DNA of 64,000 bases from Yuukianura sp. NJ FZ-2021 (lineage: Eukaryota), in contig CM102290.1 in the NCBI GenBank assembly GCA_046563655.1, positions 12,152,001-12,216,000 on the forward strand. Direction: 5' to 3'. Both the position numbers and the translations under genes were made by a program. Positions within the stretch are counted from its first letter, which is position 1. Every line of letters begins with the position of its first letter. This document shows positions 1 through 14,300 of the stretch, one piece after another. A model generated the notes under the pieces. That model worked only from the letters and a program-made list of their open reading frames with translations. It did no database searches and was not told the origin of the DNA.

Positions 1-249
1 TCAGCGAGGCAGAATTCCTTTCAAACATGCCCCTGCCCATCCCTTACCATGTTCAGTTTTGGGGCACATTTTAACTTGAACATGCTCAACAGTTGGACTT
101 TGTAACACTCTCTGCATACAAAGACTGTGGAGCCGGGAGCCATTTTCAAATGTTCCCACATGTAATCAAGTTGGAAGGGCACTTTTTGACCTGTTTCTAA
201 TTCATTTCGTCTCCTAAATCAACGCGGTTACGGCTCATCGTGACCTCTC

Positions 250-432
250 GGACGATTTACGTTCAAAAAAGAAATTAACCACTCAAAAACGACGTTTACC
301 GGTCAAAACCGACGTTAACCGCTCAAAAAAACGTTTTCGTTAAAAAAAAACGACATTTACGCTAAAAACGACGTTAACGCTCGAAAAGCGACGTCTGCGC
401 TTGAAAAACGACTTTCACACTCTCAAAAAGCG
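250..432. repeat. Degenerate ~21-bp minisatellite
   Basis: Repeated AAAAACGACGTTAACCGCTC-like units, about 8 copies. Confidence 0.7.
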
Positions 433-3400
433 TTATGCGTTTGGGACAATTGGGACAAACATTTGGGAAAAAGCTAAAAAGCGAGAATATTCCTTTTGAA
501 AATTCAAATTTCGAAATCATTCCCGCCTTCCGAATAGATAGTATAACTTCTCAATCTACTTTTTTAATTAGTCTCCGTGTCCGTTGAGTTCTAATTAATG
601 ATTCCAAGACGACGGTCAGACTTTACATGAAATTCATCATCACTCAAGTTCATTAGCGGAAATCAAGTGTGCGCATGAGTCCGTTTCCAAACAGTTCTCT
701 CCGCTAATCAAGTTTCATGAGTCTTCTGACTTCTATTACCTACAACACTACAGTTCACCATTAAACGCCATACGGTATATTTTAAATTCAAAAATTGCCT
801 CCCCGGGGGAACATGAAGAATAGGATTCGGTCGGAACAGAGAGCGAGAGAGCCTTTGCCTTAATTAACAACTACCTGTTAAACCTAATTGTGTCAATAGA
901 CTCTAATAATGGCGGGAACCTTTGGTGCGACCTCTTGCGCCATGCGCAGAATGTCCGAAGGAATGCCAATGCCAAAGTGTTTTCCTCTGTGTTTTTCAAT
1001 TTAGCAAATTTCGCAATAACTAAGTTGTGACTATTATGCTAAAAAGAGAACAAATAAAAATAGTCAAGTCACTTTGGCATGTGGAGACTTCAAAGACAGT
1101 CTTATGGGCAGATGAGCTGCAATTGCAAAAAAATGAGCCATGGTTGCAAAAAATGAGACAATGGGCTCCTTGGAAGAAGGTTCAACAACAATTGTTAATT
1201 TCCTTCTATTCATTCCTTTATCTCCCTTTGGGATCTAAAGAAGCATTTAAACTTCAGCGCCAAAGGGGTCTCACTTTGCCCCCGAAAACACCTTCAATTC
1301 AAAATATTTGCTGACCTGTGTGACTCTTCCAGGAATCGAATAAGTTTTAACATATTCGGGATGAGTCATGTGATCAATTCTAGAAATAGAATTAAATTGC
1401 AAATTCATTGAGGTACTTCAATGTCCAAGTTTCAACGTGAGTAATAGTTCTAAAGTGGAAGTGGAACTGGCTCATATGTCAGGTTGACAAGGAAGAGGGA
1501 ATTTACCCCCCCCCCCCTCCAGGGGGTAGGGGGGGGGGTCTGGGGAAGTTTGAGAATGACACTGACGCTGTGGACAAGGATTGATTGGCATTACTCATTT
1601 TATAAAGTCAATGGAAATCGATTCAATTGAAAAAAAAGTTGGATCCGGATCAAAAGTTTACATCTTTGGAGCTGCATCGCTTGCACTGCCTCGATCTTTT
1701 CTCGTGCCACTTGAATTTGAATCTTCCCGCTCCGTCTTCTAAACTTTTGTGTTGGCTATGCCCGCCATCTCATCACAATTTCAAATTGAGGTGGACCTGA
1801 AAAATGGTGCAAATCAAAAGTTTTCCTTGTTGAAGTTCTTGTTCAAGTTTAAACCTTGCTTTGGTTTCTTTTGTAGCAGATGAAAAAGTGTGGTTCTGGA
1901 ACTGAAATTGTTGCTCATAAATCATGCCAACAAAGGCGCTTTGGATTTCCTAGTGGCTGGCTAGAGATGAATGGTTTTGAACTGTTCTCGAATTCAATTT
2001 TCCCGGTCCGATCCTCCCCTTAGCTTGATACGTTTTGAACGATTGGAACTCCATGTAGATACTAATTTCCTTTTGGTTTGGAAGCGCAGGGATTGCATTT
2101 GAGAAGATGTTGTTCATGACTCCGAGAAGCCACAATGGCAGGTCATAAATTCCCACTTATCTCTGTCAATAAAACGTTAATAAAATTAAAGCCTTGTTTA
2201 TAACTTTATGTCCCCAATAAATACTGAAATGGACTCGAAAAAAGAAGTGGGGAGGTTGAAGGCAATATTGCCCTCGTTCTTACTCACTCCCAATTGTTTT
2301 CAGGTTCAAAAACACTTTTTTCCCACAACACGTTTATGTCACTTTCTGAAAAGAAAAGAATAGCCTTCCTGTAAATACTTGACTTGTTAACGGTGGAACA
2401 ACGTTTGAGAGTTTAACAAGTTACCTTCAACTTTGTATGTCCAGAAGTACTCCACTCCCTTCTTCTAGCCTTGTCAAATTAATAAAGTTCCGACATCATC
2501 ATCCATCCAAAGGTGTGTTTTGTTTACACTAAAGGGGACTTGAGGGCTACGCAAACGCAGCAGAAACAGCGAATCCTAGTAACGCTTCGACTCACTCCAT
2601 TAGTTCGGTGGAGCAGAACTGTAAACAAGAGAAATGTTAGAAGTGATAATTAGATTCTGCTCAGACAATATTCTACCTGGAAAGAGACAGAGAATCAAAC
2701 AAGTCCTGACATCCCAATTAATTCTGCATGGATTCCAGGGGATTTATGCAGATGCAGCATCTAGGAGGGAGTGTTTCTTCAGTAGTATTTCCACTTCTGT
2801 TGACTGACTCTTAGCACTGGAAGTCAGTTTAGAGTTCAAGTGTCGCTTGATGACAGAGCCTGACTAGAATCTCAATCTAGGGATCGTGAATCGCTCTTTG
2901 GTAGAAGTATGGTCGTAAGGTTCCAAATTGAGCCGAGTCAACAGTTGTGTTCATAGGGTGGTAGGCATAGAACAGCATCTTCTGTCAATTCCCAACTGCG
3001 ACTCATTCAACTGCCATTTGATATCTTCATTTCCATTGTGTCCTGAATTAATGGACGCATAAAACAAAAGGATTTGAGCAATAACCGTTCAATCATCATG
3101 TCTCACACTGCACCTCATAAGTACGATACTGTCCAACTTAACACTTACCAACAAAAACGTTTAGACGATTCCAGATAACGTTATGATGGTGGCATGACGT
3201 CATGCTTAATCTGGATTCCAAAGAGTTCAAAAATCCGATTGTCTGAATCGGCTTAGCGTAATTCCTTCTTCCAAATCGAAAATCGACCTCTTCATGTAAA
3301 GACAATAGAGAACTACGAAGGGGGCAGGGGACTTGGACAGCCTTTTCCTTGTAGCACTTTGGCCCTTGTTGAAGCGACATGTTGGTGACATCCGAGTAGA

Positions 3401-5093
3401 AGGGACTGGTACTTGTTAACGCAAGTTGTAGAAGGAAGACGCCAGACCCATTTCGTCATCCTTGGCTGGAGAGTGACATGAGAAATTTTATGAGTTCCCA
3501 CCCCCTTCAATAAAAATATTAATTAGACTTTCAAACAATTCTGCTTGAGCACATTTTTGTTGTTGCTGGCTTAAAAGTTGAGGTCATGACATTATGTTTC
3601 TCTTACACTGAAATTGCGTCGCTGGCATCCAAGTACAAAAGTCAATTTGTAAATCCAATGTTAGAATTGAATCTGAGAATGGAGATGGAGAAACAGTTGT
3701 TAGTGTTTGTTGAAGAGCAGCTTTAAGTTGGCTTGGAGGTTAATCTAATCTCATTTCAAGGTGTGAATGGATCTTGATTCCTGATGCACTTTGAGTGTTG
3801 GGTCTGAAACCTCAGGTCTAATGATTTGATCTAAGGGCTCCTCTCCAAGGAAGGTCATAGAAGTGTATCCAAAGTACTTTGGTAGAAGTGATCCTTAGCA
3901 GTACCCAGTTAAAAGCCGAAGATGCTTGAAAGTGGATGTTGTGGCCAGGGCAGTCGTTCCTTCAGGCTCTCAGGCCTTTTCTTCCACTGTTTTTTCCCTT
4001 TAGAAAAGAGAACTCTGGCAGCTCCATTGTTGGATTGTTGTTTGTAGGTTCATAACTTCGCCCTCCACATCCACATTTACGTGCACCACTCCGGGCACAA
4101 TCGACTTCCTCAGCCTCTGATCAGTTGTCGAGTTGAGACTGAAACATACAGGTTCTGCTGCTCATTTAGACTTCAAGACAATAATAAGAAGTTGAGTAAC
4201 CCAGACGAGGGTCGTGTCAAAAACTTACCTCAAAAGTTCCAACAAGTTGTTCATATCTTGTCCATGGACCATAGCTCAGTGTCAGTAAGTTTCCGTGCGT
4301 TATAGTTGTGAGGGCCTGGAAGGCCTTCTCGCAGACTCCAGGGATTTGCGGAAGAAGCAACAAGTGTCAAGTGAAGAGGGCTGCTGCGGTACTGGAGCAG
4401 TATTAGATAAGAGAGAGACGCTGAAATTAAATTATAATTTCTCCAGTCCTTTCTTGCTCCAGATTCTAGGTTCCAGCCTTACTGGAACAGGAAGATCCGT
4501 TGTGTTACATCTCCATCAGCACTTGATCTATGGCTCGTTCTAGAAGGCAGGATACGTGAGACAATTAGTTTTGTGTTTACGAGGATTACATGGTGTAAAA
4601 CAGTGACATTACGTGACAGAGATGATTATGATGGGTTCTTGACTGAATGTTAAAAGTTGATTTCGTGGAGCCATCATGACGAATAGGCTGTTGATCCGTG
4701 TTAGTGGTAATCGGACATTAGGAAGTGTTGGATAAGGGTGACCGTGATTCCGTGGCTCGTATCAATTATCAATTGACACCTAATTCATCCGTAAAAAATA
4801 ACGTAAAATTGACAACCATAACCGAACCAAGGTACATTAAAAACAGATCCATACCAACCAGAACGAAGGATTCCGTCAGTTGGACCAGATCGTCAGTTCC
4901 ATCAATAGTGACAAATCCTCTTCCATCTAAAACAGAAAGAAAGTTAATTAACATAATTAATTAACGTTTGATTTAAAGGTAATTGTTTTGTTTTTGTTGT
5001 GAAAAACAAAACATTTTCAAAACGTTTTTCTTACTCAAATTCAAAAGTGTCTCATTTTGCCCCCTCCACAAAAAAGTGCCAAAAATTCAAACC

Positions 5094-5377
5094 ATGACAA
5101 AAACAAGGAAAGAGCGGGAGACAGTCATCATGTCAACAAGTTCCCGTCTTCCACAGAGACTTCCGGAACTTGGACATGAAGAGGTCACGGCCAGGGTCAA
5201 CACTTCAGACTGCCCGAATCAGAGGTCATCAGTGATTCGGACACGGTGTCATAGGTCAAGTACCCTCTGGTGGAACACCCACCACCACTTCATTCTAGTC
5301 CTCCTCTACACCCTCCTCTGTTCAGTCTGTGTCAACAGTAAGGTCTACAACGTCCACTGGAACACATCGAATCCCAT
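5094..5377 (+). CDS. Ephrin: Ephrin coding exon 1 (N-terminal extension, hydrophobic signal, start of ephrin domain)
   Basis: CAAACC-ATG context; hydrophobic FILVLLYTLLCSVCVNS followed by KVYNVHWNTSNP; donor AT|GTAAGT at 5378 completes an Ile codon with exon 2. Confidence 0.88.
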
Positions 5378-8300
5378 GTAAGTCAATTAAAAGTCATTAG
5401 CATAAATCTGTCATTTATAAACCAAAGTGACAGAGGTACCAAGGGTGGAAACACTAGAAATGCATTTGCGAAACATCTCAACCAGCCCTAAGATCCACAG
5501 TCAACATGTACTTGAGTCAATGTCTCTTGACCTCGGGTGGACAGAAGGTGTCAGGTCAGTTTTAAGACAAACATTTGGTCACATTTGGAATTTTTATTGT
5601 TTCTTGTTTCGTTTTTCACCTTACTGCAAATTGTTCATGAATGAGTTCCTTCCGAGAACTTAGAGCCATTATAAAAGTTGGTCTGATTAACGGATGCTTA
5701 ATTGAAGGATTTATTCGTTTTAGAATGGGATGAGTCACATAAGATGGAGGATGAAGTGGTATGTACACAATGCTGTTTAGTTTCCTCAATTCAACATGGA
5801 AGTCAGAATGTACAACGTTTGGTTGTTATTTCAGTATTTGATGTAGTATATTACATGCCTTTTCCGTAAGTGACTAGTACTTGACACTCTCCCATGTTCA
5901 TCCTGTTTTTGGTATCTTTATTGAATGACCTCTCAGAAACGATGATGATGAGCAAGTGAACTCAGCAGTATAGTAATAAGTTGTTGAAACGTTGTGTTGT
6001 TGCATTTATGTTGTTTGATTACACAATTTCCGTGATAATTGAGTGGACATAAGGATGAGGTGAGTGATGGCCTTGGAAGTTCTAGGGCTAAAGTAATTCC
6101 GCCATCGAGTGCATAATTTAACTCAATTGACACCTTCCCCCCACTATCCGAATGCACTTCTGTAGTGTCTTAGGTTTGAGTTTAACTGCGGTTTGCTTTT
6201 AAGTAATGTTATGTTAGTGGTAAGTGGAGTCTCTCGAGAGCCCTTTTGCTGTTCCCTTTGAATGTGATGTTGTTTTAGGACATGAAGTTTTCTATTGTTA
6301 TTGGATGTGTGCGGTAGAAATTGTTGCTGGAACGTTACTCCAAGTTCGAGTTCTTTTGTCAAAATTTCAGAAAAAATGAAAAGGTGCGTTCCTTTCACTC
6401 ATTCTTTCAAATCGATTTTTATGAACTCCCTGAACCCAAAGTTTTTGGTTAAAGAAAAATTTCATTGTTAAGGGATTAGTAGTCTCTCGGTAGTTCGTCT
6501 ACCATAGGCTAGAGTACTTCCAGGTTAACTTAAGGGCCCAGGTGACATTACTGGGTGGGTAAGGGCTCCAAGGTCTTAGGAGTGACAGACAGGAGCCCTG
6601 CCTCCGGTAGTCCATGTCACTCTTTTATGGCACTCTCGTCATTTGGATCCCTTTGATGACCTCGGATCGTATTCTGCAGTCTACTAATGTTTTGGGAGCT
6701 TAAACTTTTAGCCGTGACTGTACTTTTAGCCTAAAAGTACAGTAAGGTTCGGCGTTCCAGAGACTTGGGCATATCCAGTTCGTCAAAATGGGTTGGCCTG
6801 CGGACCATAATGGAATCCATTAATTTTTTAGCAAGGGAATGGCGGCTTCACTTTAAATGCTCAGGAAAGTCGATTTGGCAATAGCTGTGCCTGGTGATGC
6901 CCGTTGGCCACTGGGGCCCTTGTGTTTTTGTGGCTTGCCGAAGTTAGGTTAGCCTAATCCTCAGAAATAAGCTTTTTCCATTTCGGAGTGGAAGGAGGAG
7001 CGCCGGAATTCAAAAGTGTCTGAAGTGCTGGTTGATTTCCTTTGGTATCTATTAGCCACTTGAGAAACTAAGGGAGTAGAGGGGGGACTTATGGGATGAT
7101 GGAGGTGCTGTTTTAATAGGAACAGACTTTTACTTCATCTTCCATCCTCCACTTCTTTTTACAATCACAAGAGTGGGAAATTCAAAAGGAAGATGAACAA
7201 TCCCCTCCAGCATGTTTCTTCAAGAGGACTTGAACTTAATGGATAATGAACTTAAGGTAGAGGGAAGAACATCAACGCTATTCGCACACCTTTGTTCAAT
7301 AATCAAAAAGAGTTCCAGCATTACTATTCTTTGGAATTAGACAATAGGAGAGTACAATCCAATCAATAATTAAACTCATGAAACTAAGACTTGGACACTG
7401 TCTAATGGACAGTCGAGTCACTTCCCGCTGTTCGTTTTTTCTTCGCTTTTTCGTCCACGTTCGATTCGAATTCTTCCAACTCCAACTTCGAATTTTCAAA
7501 GGATTTCCGTTTTTTTGAAATGATTTTCAGCGGTAGAGAGGAATTCCCTGTCAGAAATTTTGCCATTTGGAATTTATTTGGTTTTTGGAAGTGCCGTCAT
7601 TTGGAAACGATTTTCTATTGGAAATGCCATTGGGAAATAATTTTGTTGTTTTTGGAAATTTCGTCATTTGGAAGCGATTTTCTTTTGGAAATTGCGGAGT
7701 TTGCAAATGATCTTTAGGTTTTTTGGAATGATAATGCTTTAGGAAATTTTGAATTTTTGGAAAGCTTTTAGTAATTTTTGAAATGTTTTTTCTTTGAAAT
7801 TATGAATCATGATTTGATATTTCATTTCACTTTTAGTTTTATCAGTGAGTTTGGTTAAATAGTGAAAAAAGCAGAAACAGAATGCTCACATTCCATACAT
7901 GATTCAAGAGCTTTTTGCAGATTATCCGTGGCAAGGTCAGAGCCGTTTCGTTAGCTATTCAGCAGCGTTCTCAGCGATTTTGCGCGCATGGTTGAATTTG
8001 AATTTTTGTTCCAGGGTTGTACTCGTTTTCAACTAAATTGTTACTGTTTAGGTCGCCGAGTTGAAACAGCTTTGCGTGTTTCCATTGTTGCATATTGTGA
8101 AGCTTTTGGCTCATTTCAAGTTTCGTAATTACTAAATCCGGCTCAAAACGCCAATAACTTCTGGATCATACGGTATAATCCCTGGAGTGTTTTTTTTCAG
8201 GGGACGAGGGAAAATTCAAATTTAGGCTGAAAGTTTAGGTACAGTGGTCACCAAAAGCCTGTGCCCATTGTTATGAACAGCGTAGGGACTGATGGGCCAA

Positions 8301-11300
8301 GCGTGTAATAAATGAGACATGTCTGCTCCTCCCTTGGCCTCAATAGTGGACTGGAAGAGGGACTTAAGTACCTCGAGTGTGAGAAGTCTCTTAAGTTTGA
8401 ACATAAATTCAATTTGAAGGTCCGCCCCCTTGGATCAGAGAGGAAGTTTGCATACATTTGGATGGAGAGGAAATGGAATTAAATGGAATAATTAGACGCT
8501 TTCTTTGGAAGAGACGACGTTGGTCCTGGTGGAAGTGGGGCTCTGAGGACCTAGTATGGACCTAACCAGTCTCCCGGGAGTTTTTAAAATGAGGGCCAAG
8601 TGGAAATGGCACAAGAGATTAAGATGGGAACCAGAAGGAAGGAGCTTCATCTTGATTCCGCACCTCCTTAACTTCTAGACCTAACCTTCATCTTGACTCT
8701 TCATCTCGAGATGAAGTTTTATAAAAGAAAGTGACAGGGAAAGTGTGTTAAGAGGAAGAAAATGCTTAAAATGACAGCAAAGAGGGTTTGAAGACGTGAG
8801 AATGGTTTTTTAAACTGAAATTGTCAAAGTTGTCCTGCTAAAACCTCAAATTGGGTCATATTTTTCACAAAATTCTTGAATTTTGGAGCGCAATTTAGCT
8901 GTCGGCATTTCATTCCTTTCCGTACCTTCGTTTTCTTAGTCATGCATAACTAAAGTGAAAGCGAGGAGGCCCAAGGATTGGACGGCCTCTTCGGCAAGGT
9001 TTTTACTAAAACTTGTTCAAAATTCGAAAAAAAAAAATTACAATTCAGAAAATGAAAAATCTAAAGAATCGAATCTAATCTCAAATCGGAAGTTTTCAGC
9101 TCTTGACGCCGGAAATTTTGACCATTCTATTTAAAGAAATTTTTTTTTCCTTCAAAATAAAGGTATTTAAATTCTTAGAGTTTTAAAGACATAAGATGGA
9201 AAACTTTCAAATTCTGAACGCCCAAATTGCACAGGATTTTGAAATCTGAGTTTTTAACTTCACTGAATTTGAATTTTTTTTTTGAAAAAAAAACTAAGCT
9301 AACAATGAAACTTTAAAACTTTAAAATTTTAAAAATATTGTTCCAAAATTTTTAATTCTAAACAGAAAAGTTGAAGATTGTCAAGTTCTGAATTCGCAAA
9401 TTGAAAAATTTCAAATTCCAAAATCTACTCTTGCTTTTTTAGAAAATTTAAAAATGTATTAGAATTTTTTTGGGTTAGATATACAGTCGTTGTCGTGTTT
9501 GTTAAGCTGAAACGTAGCCATCGACCTCCACACAATTTCCCGCAATAAATTGGGTGGAGAGAACTTGGTAATTTTTCTTCAATAATTTCTCGTTTTTGAA
9601 AAAAAAGAGAGAGGAAAAGGGAGGAACTGTGTTGTGTTGTTTTGTTTTTTGTTGTAATATTAAACCTGATGCGGTCATGTACTTTTTCTTGCTCATTTGA
9701 TATTAATTGTCTCATCTCACCACTCCAAGAGACCGTGCAGAATCGATTCAGGTTTTGAGAATGGGCGGGCGGGAAAAAATGTCTAGTGCTGGAGAGTTGG
9801 TCATAAATTAAAGTCCTCTCCCGGGCATCAAGGCAAAAGAGGAACACAAAGACTGGTTTTCAATCATATTTTCATAACATTATTTTGTCATTTTCTTCAC
9901 TCAGGCAATGAGTATTGCGAGCCTCAATTCCTGCATACTAATGCCACCATTTACACTTACATTTTTTCAAAAAAATACCAAAGGTTTGGTGAAGAGTTCA
10001 GATTTTTCAAAGTTCGTTTTTCTTCTGAAAACATTCCCCTCCTCCTAAACATGCACCAGAAATTCTGAACGAACACCTCCAAGCCACATTCTCTCTTTTT
10101 AAAAATACCGCTCGCTCACTACTGCTTAAAATCTTACCAAAACATCAACACTGTCAGTTGCCATGTTTTATGTTTTGAATATTTCTGCCTCAACATTGCT
10201 TTTTTCAAATTCACCGCTGCATTCCGTTCAAAATCCGTCTCCATACAGGATCCAAGTTTTCTACTTGGGTTAAGTACCAAAAAGAATTTTATTTTAAACA
10301 AAATTTTAAAAAAGTGAGCCAAAATTTTGGTGCGTGCATTTGAGATTAGAAACTTTGACTAAAGTATTTTTTTTTCTTTGTCATTTTTGTTTTTTGGCTT
10401 ATAAGCGATTTTTAAATTTAAGCCATTTCTTTTTAATTTAAAAAAAATTATGCATGGTTTGAATTTTTATAATGTAGAAAAAATTGTTTCTGCCTTCGAC
10501 TAATTTTAAATTTTCAAAAGAATTGTGTTTCGAAATTACAAAAATTTTGATTGACAGTTCCGTTTCGTTCCAACTGTAGGTTAGGCAGGTTTCAAAAATA
10601 TTTTTTCTGAAATTCCAAATTTGTCATGTGACTCCAGATGTTTGTTTAGGTGGAATTTGCAGCTTTTCTTTTCTTGAGAGTGAAGGGGAGGGCCCTTTGG
10701 TAGGAAATGGTAAGCCTTTGATTGTGTCTCTTTTTGGAATTGTGTCTAATTACTCTGCTCTTGTGTTCGTTTTTACATTGTGGTAGTGTGAGGGTCTGTG
10801 GCGACAAGGGGTCCATTGTCTGGGACGGGGGAAGGGCCCTGGACTGACATTGACATTTTCAACATGGGTACTTGAGCTATTGAGACTTAATCGGATCAGC
10901 TTTCACTCCTTCCTTCTTCTTCGGTTCTTTCTAGAACTTGGAAGAGCTCTCTTTCAATAGAAGCTTCTTGTGGGAAAACATTTTGACTGGTTTTGAGGTA
11001 ACATGTTTAGATTTTGTCATTTCGTGGACAAGTAAAAGGAGGCTAGGAATTGTGGAAGTTTGAGAACCTAGCATTAAGCTAAAAGCGTTTTATGGTGTAC
11101 TTATTGATGATTTTTGTTGAAAAAAAATGAATCGACAGTTGGACACGAAATGACTGGATGGGGAACCAGAATTTTGCTAAAGTTGACAATTTAATTAGTT
11201 GTTGTTTATTTCATCTATTTTTGTGCTATTTTGGTATAATGTTGAACTTTTAGGAATATTTTGGGTGTTACGCGATGCGCAGTGAATGCTTGAAGGCGTT

Positions 11301-14300
11301 GTAGCTGCGCATGTCCACAGCACTGAAGGACCACTTTCTTAGTTTGTAGGACGAATTCAGAAACTGCATTTTGGATTTAGGGTGAATTTAGATACAAATT
11401 TATAAAGTAAGCGAAACCTACTTTGTGCATTTTATGTTGTCTGTCTGTCTGTCCGTCCGTCAGCAATTTTCATTGAACTTAAAGCTAGAAATGGAGTATT
11501 TAGAGGTCAGAGTTGGAGGTGTTTTTGGTAATGTTAGCTGGATGAGTTTTAATTTAAGTTAACGTTAGGGTAGTTAGGCTACAGATTACGCTGGGCATTG
11601 GGTGGTCCAAGTGCTGGAACTGTATTGACAAGAATCGACCAAGGAAAGAGATACTGAGGAAATGTCGTAGGAAGGGCGACCATGTCGGTGGAACGGTTGT
11701 TGGATGGCTACTCTGCGGGGTTGTCAATTGTCAATACAGAGATGGTCTGACAAGATGTTTGTCCAATTCATTCCTGTTGTTGATGATAGTTTGATGTAGT
11801 GAGTGGTGGATGGGCAGTCAATCAAGGAGTTAGGTTGTGCATCTTAAGTTTATCAGAAGAGGATCTGCTTGACGAAGTTGGTTGTGACGATCGGACGGAG
11901 TAACTGATGACATGCCGAAGGAAGAGGGAGAAGATGTGGTTGTGAGATGAAACTGTTTACTTACTCCCTGTCATCTCCAATCATCATCATCATCATCATA
12001 AATGTGTCTCTGAGGTAGAGTTGAAGTTGGTTAATAGTCTTGCTTAGGTTGATTCACCTAAGGTGAGCATTAGGTTTGACCATTGGATTTGTCGAGATCC
12101 GGTTCTGGCTAACTTCCTAGGACTCTGAAACTTAATTCAGAAGAGGTTGAATTGCATGTGAATTTATTATAAATCGTAGTCCTACTTGGTTCTAGAGATG
12201 CAGGGAGGAGATAAGGGCCCAGTCTCTGCTTTCAGTTTGGTCTTTCTGGTTCTGGAGTCGTTGGGAATGTAGTTCTTTGAATGTTAGAATTGTTTGAGCA
12301 TTGGACTTTGTTAGTTAAGTTCTATCGGGAGGATCTTAATAATGTAAAGACGGGCCGGAGAACGGCTTTAGATGAGTCCAATTGTTAAGGGTATGTGGTT
12401 GATTGTGATTTGAATCTTGTGCATTTTGTAGTTTGTACTTACTAAGCAAGTGGAAGATGGAAGAACCAATGTACCTCATCTTCAAAAGTTTTGTTTGTGA
12501 TGAGGCCATTTTTCCAATTGGGACGTCGGAGAATAGGAGACTAATGATGGAGGAGTGGGATCAATGTCAATCCAGAAAGTTCCATTGGAGTATCGTGGTA
12601 TGCGGATAATGGGAGGATCCAGCATTGTGACTGACATGAAGTGGTGGGGATCCAGAGGTCAAGTTGTCCTCTTAATCCCCGTTCCCCGGGGATCAGGGGA
12701 TCATACAACCCCGTCTATCTGGGTAGTATGTTAGGTTATATGGGAATTCCAGGGATGACCTGGGCATGGCGGGTAATGTATTTTGAAGAAAAGGAAGTCC
12801 ATTGTCACTTCCTTTTCAAAAGTGATCATTTGACAATTGGTGGAAGATGAGCTGGACACAAGCTGAGAAGGCTCTCTGTTGGGCAGTTTCGGTTTGGGGA
12901 ATCTGAGGATCCTAAAACTGAACAATGAACATTTCTTCTTAGTATTTTGTCAAAAGGAAACTGAATGAGTGTCATTTTAGGCCTAACTACCAGCGAGGGG
13001 TGCGTTGGAGTAACATTTTGTGCTAAAAAGTTTGAATTTTACGGTGAGCAGAGTAATGCTGGTCACGGACATGCGCGTTAGACGTGGAAATTAAGCTGAA
13101 TTATGGTGAATGTTGAACAAAAAATTTTCATTTCCTCCAATTTCTTGTCAATCTCAGTTTTCCAATTTTTTTTTCAGTCCTCTCGAACTGTAGCTGGTTA
13201 AGAATTGAATACAAAGCATTGAATACTACTAAAAAAAATTAATCAACTTCTGAAATTTTGAGTTGAAGGCTGTTCAAAATTTCGTCTCGAATATAGGGGT
13301 CGCAAATTCGAATTTGGATTCGAATTTGAATTCGAATATTCGGCTCTTTTTTTGGAAATTCGAAATTCGAATTTTAAGCCTGGAATTCGAATCTGACCCA
13401 CAAATTAGGGCAATTATTGCTTTTCGCAACAATTTTCAAGAATTTATGCATAAATTATTCACAACGTCCTCTAAAACGATTTATCGAGGCGTGCAATGCC
13501 ACGGCAGTTGAAAATTGAATTGCTTACTATGCTATTTTGATGTCGGGCGTTCCGCTTATAATTAAGGTTTCAAAGTCGACATTCGAATTTTAAATTCGAA
13601 ATTCGAATATTCGAGGCCTTTTTTTAGAATTCGAAATTCGAATTTCGAGAATGCTTCGAATTTGCGACCCCTACTCGAATATAATTCGTAAATAGAAATG
13701 AGTAGCAGTGCGGTAGGTACAAAAATTGAATTGAAAATGGAGTCAAAGTTGTTCAGAACTGAGAGATCGAAATAAGGAATTTTCGACAATTCTGAAATTT
13801 TTAAATGGCACTAGAATATAATTTTTTTTGAAATTTTTAGTTTCTGGTTAACTTGTAACTTCTTTCAAAATTTTGAATTTCAAGAAACACAGATGACAAA
13901 ACTCTTCAACACAAAATTTATCTGAACCTATGAAAATTTTTGTTTTTTATGAAATTGGTTTTGATTTTTTCAAACATTTGAAATTGAAAATTACAAGAAG
14001 AATGCAATGTTTTGAATTTTTTTTTGTTTAGTTACAGTACAGTACATGTATTGGGGAATGTATGTTGTTTTTTTAGGTTAAGTTTTGTTTTAATTGGGCT
14101 GAATGGCCGTGTAAGAGAGCTTGGTGTGAAAAGTGGGAGTGGAATTGAAGTGTTAGTTGGAAGTTATTTTTAATTTTGAGGCAAAGGATGGTTGAGGCTC
14201 CCTGCTGAGCATCTCTTCTCTCTTGAGCATCTCGAAGTGATCACATTTTCCATTGGGAGACTTTGTAGTACTTGGGGTTTGTTTGGCCCTTGTGGATCCA

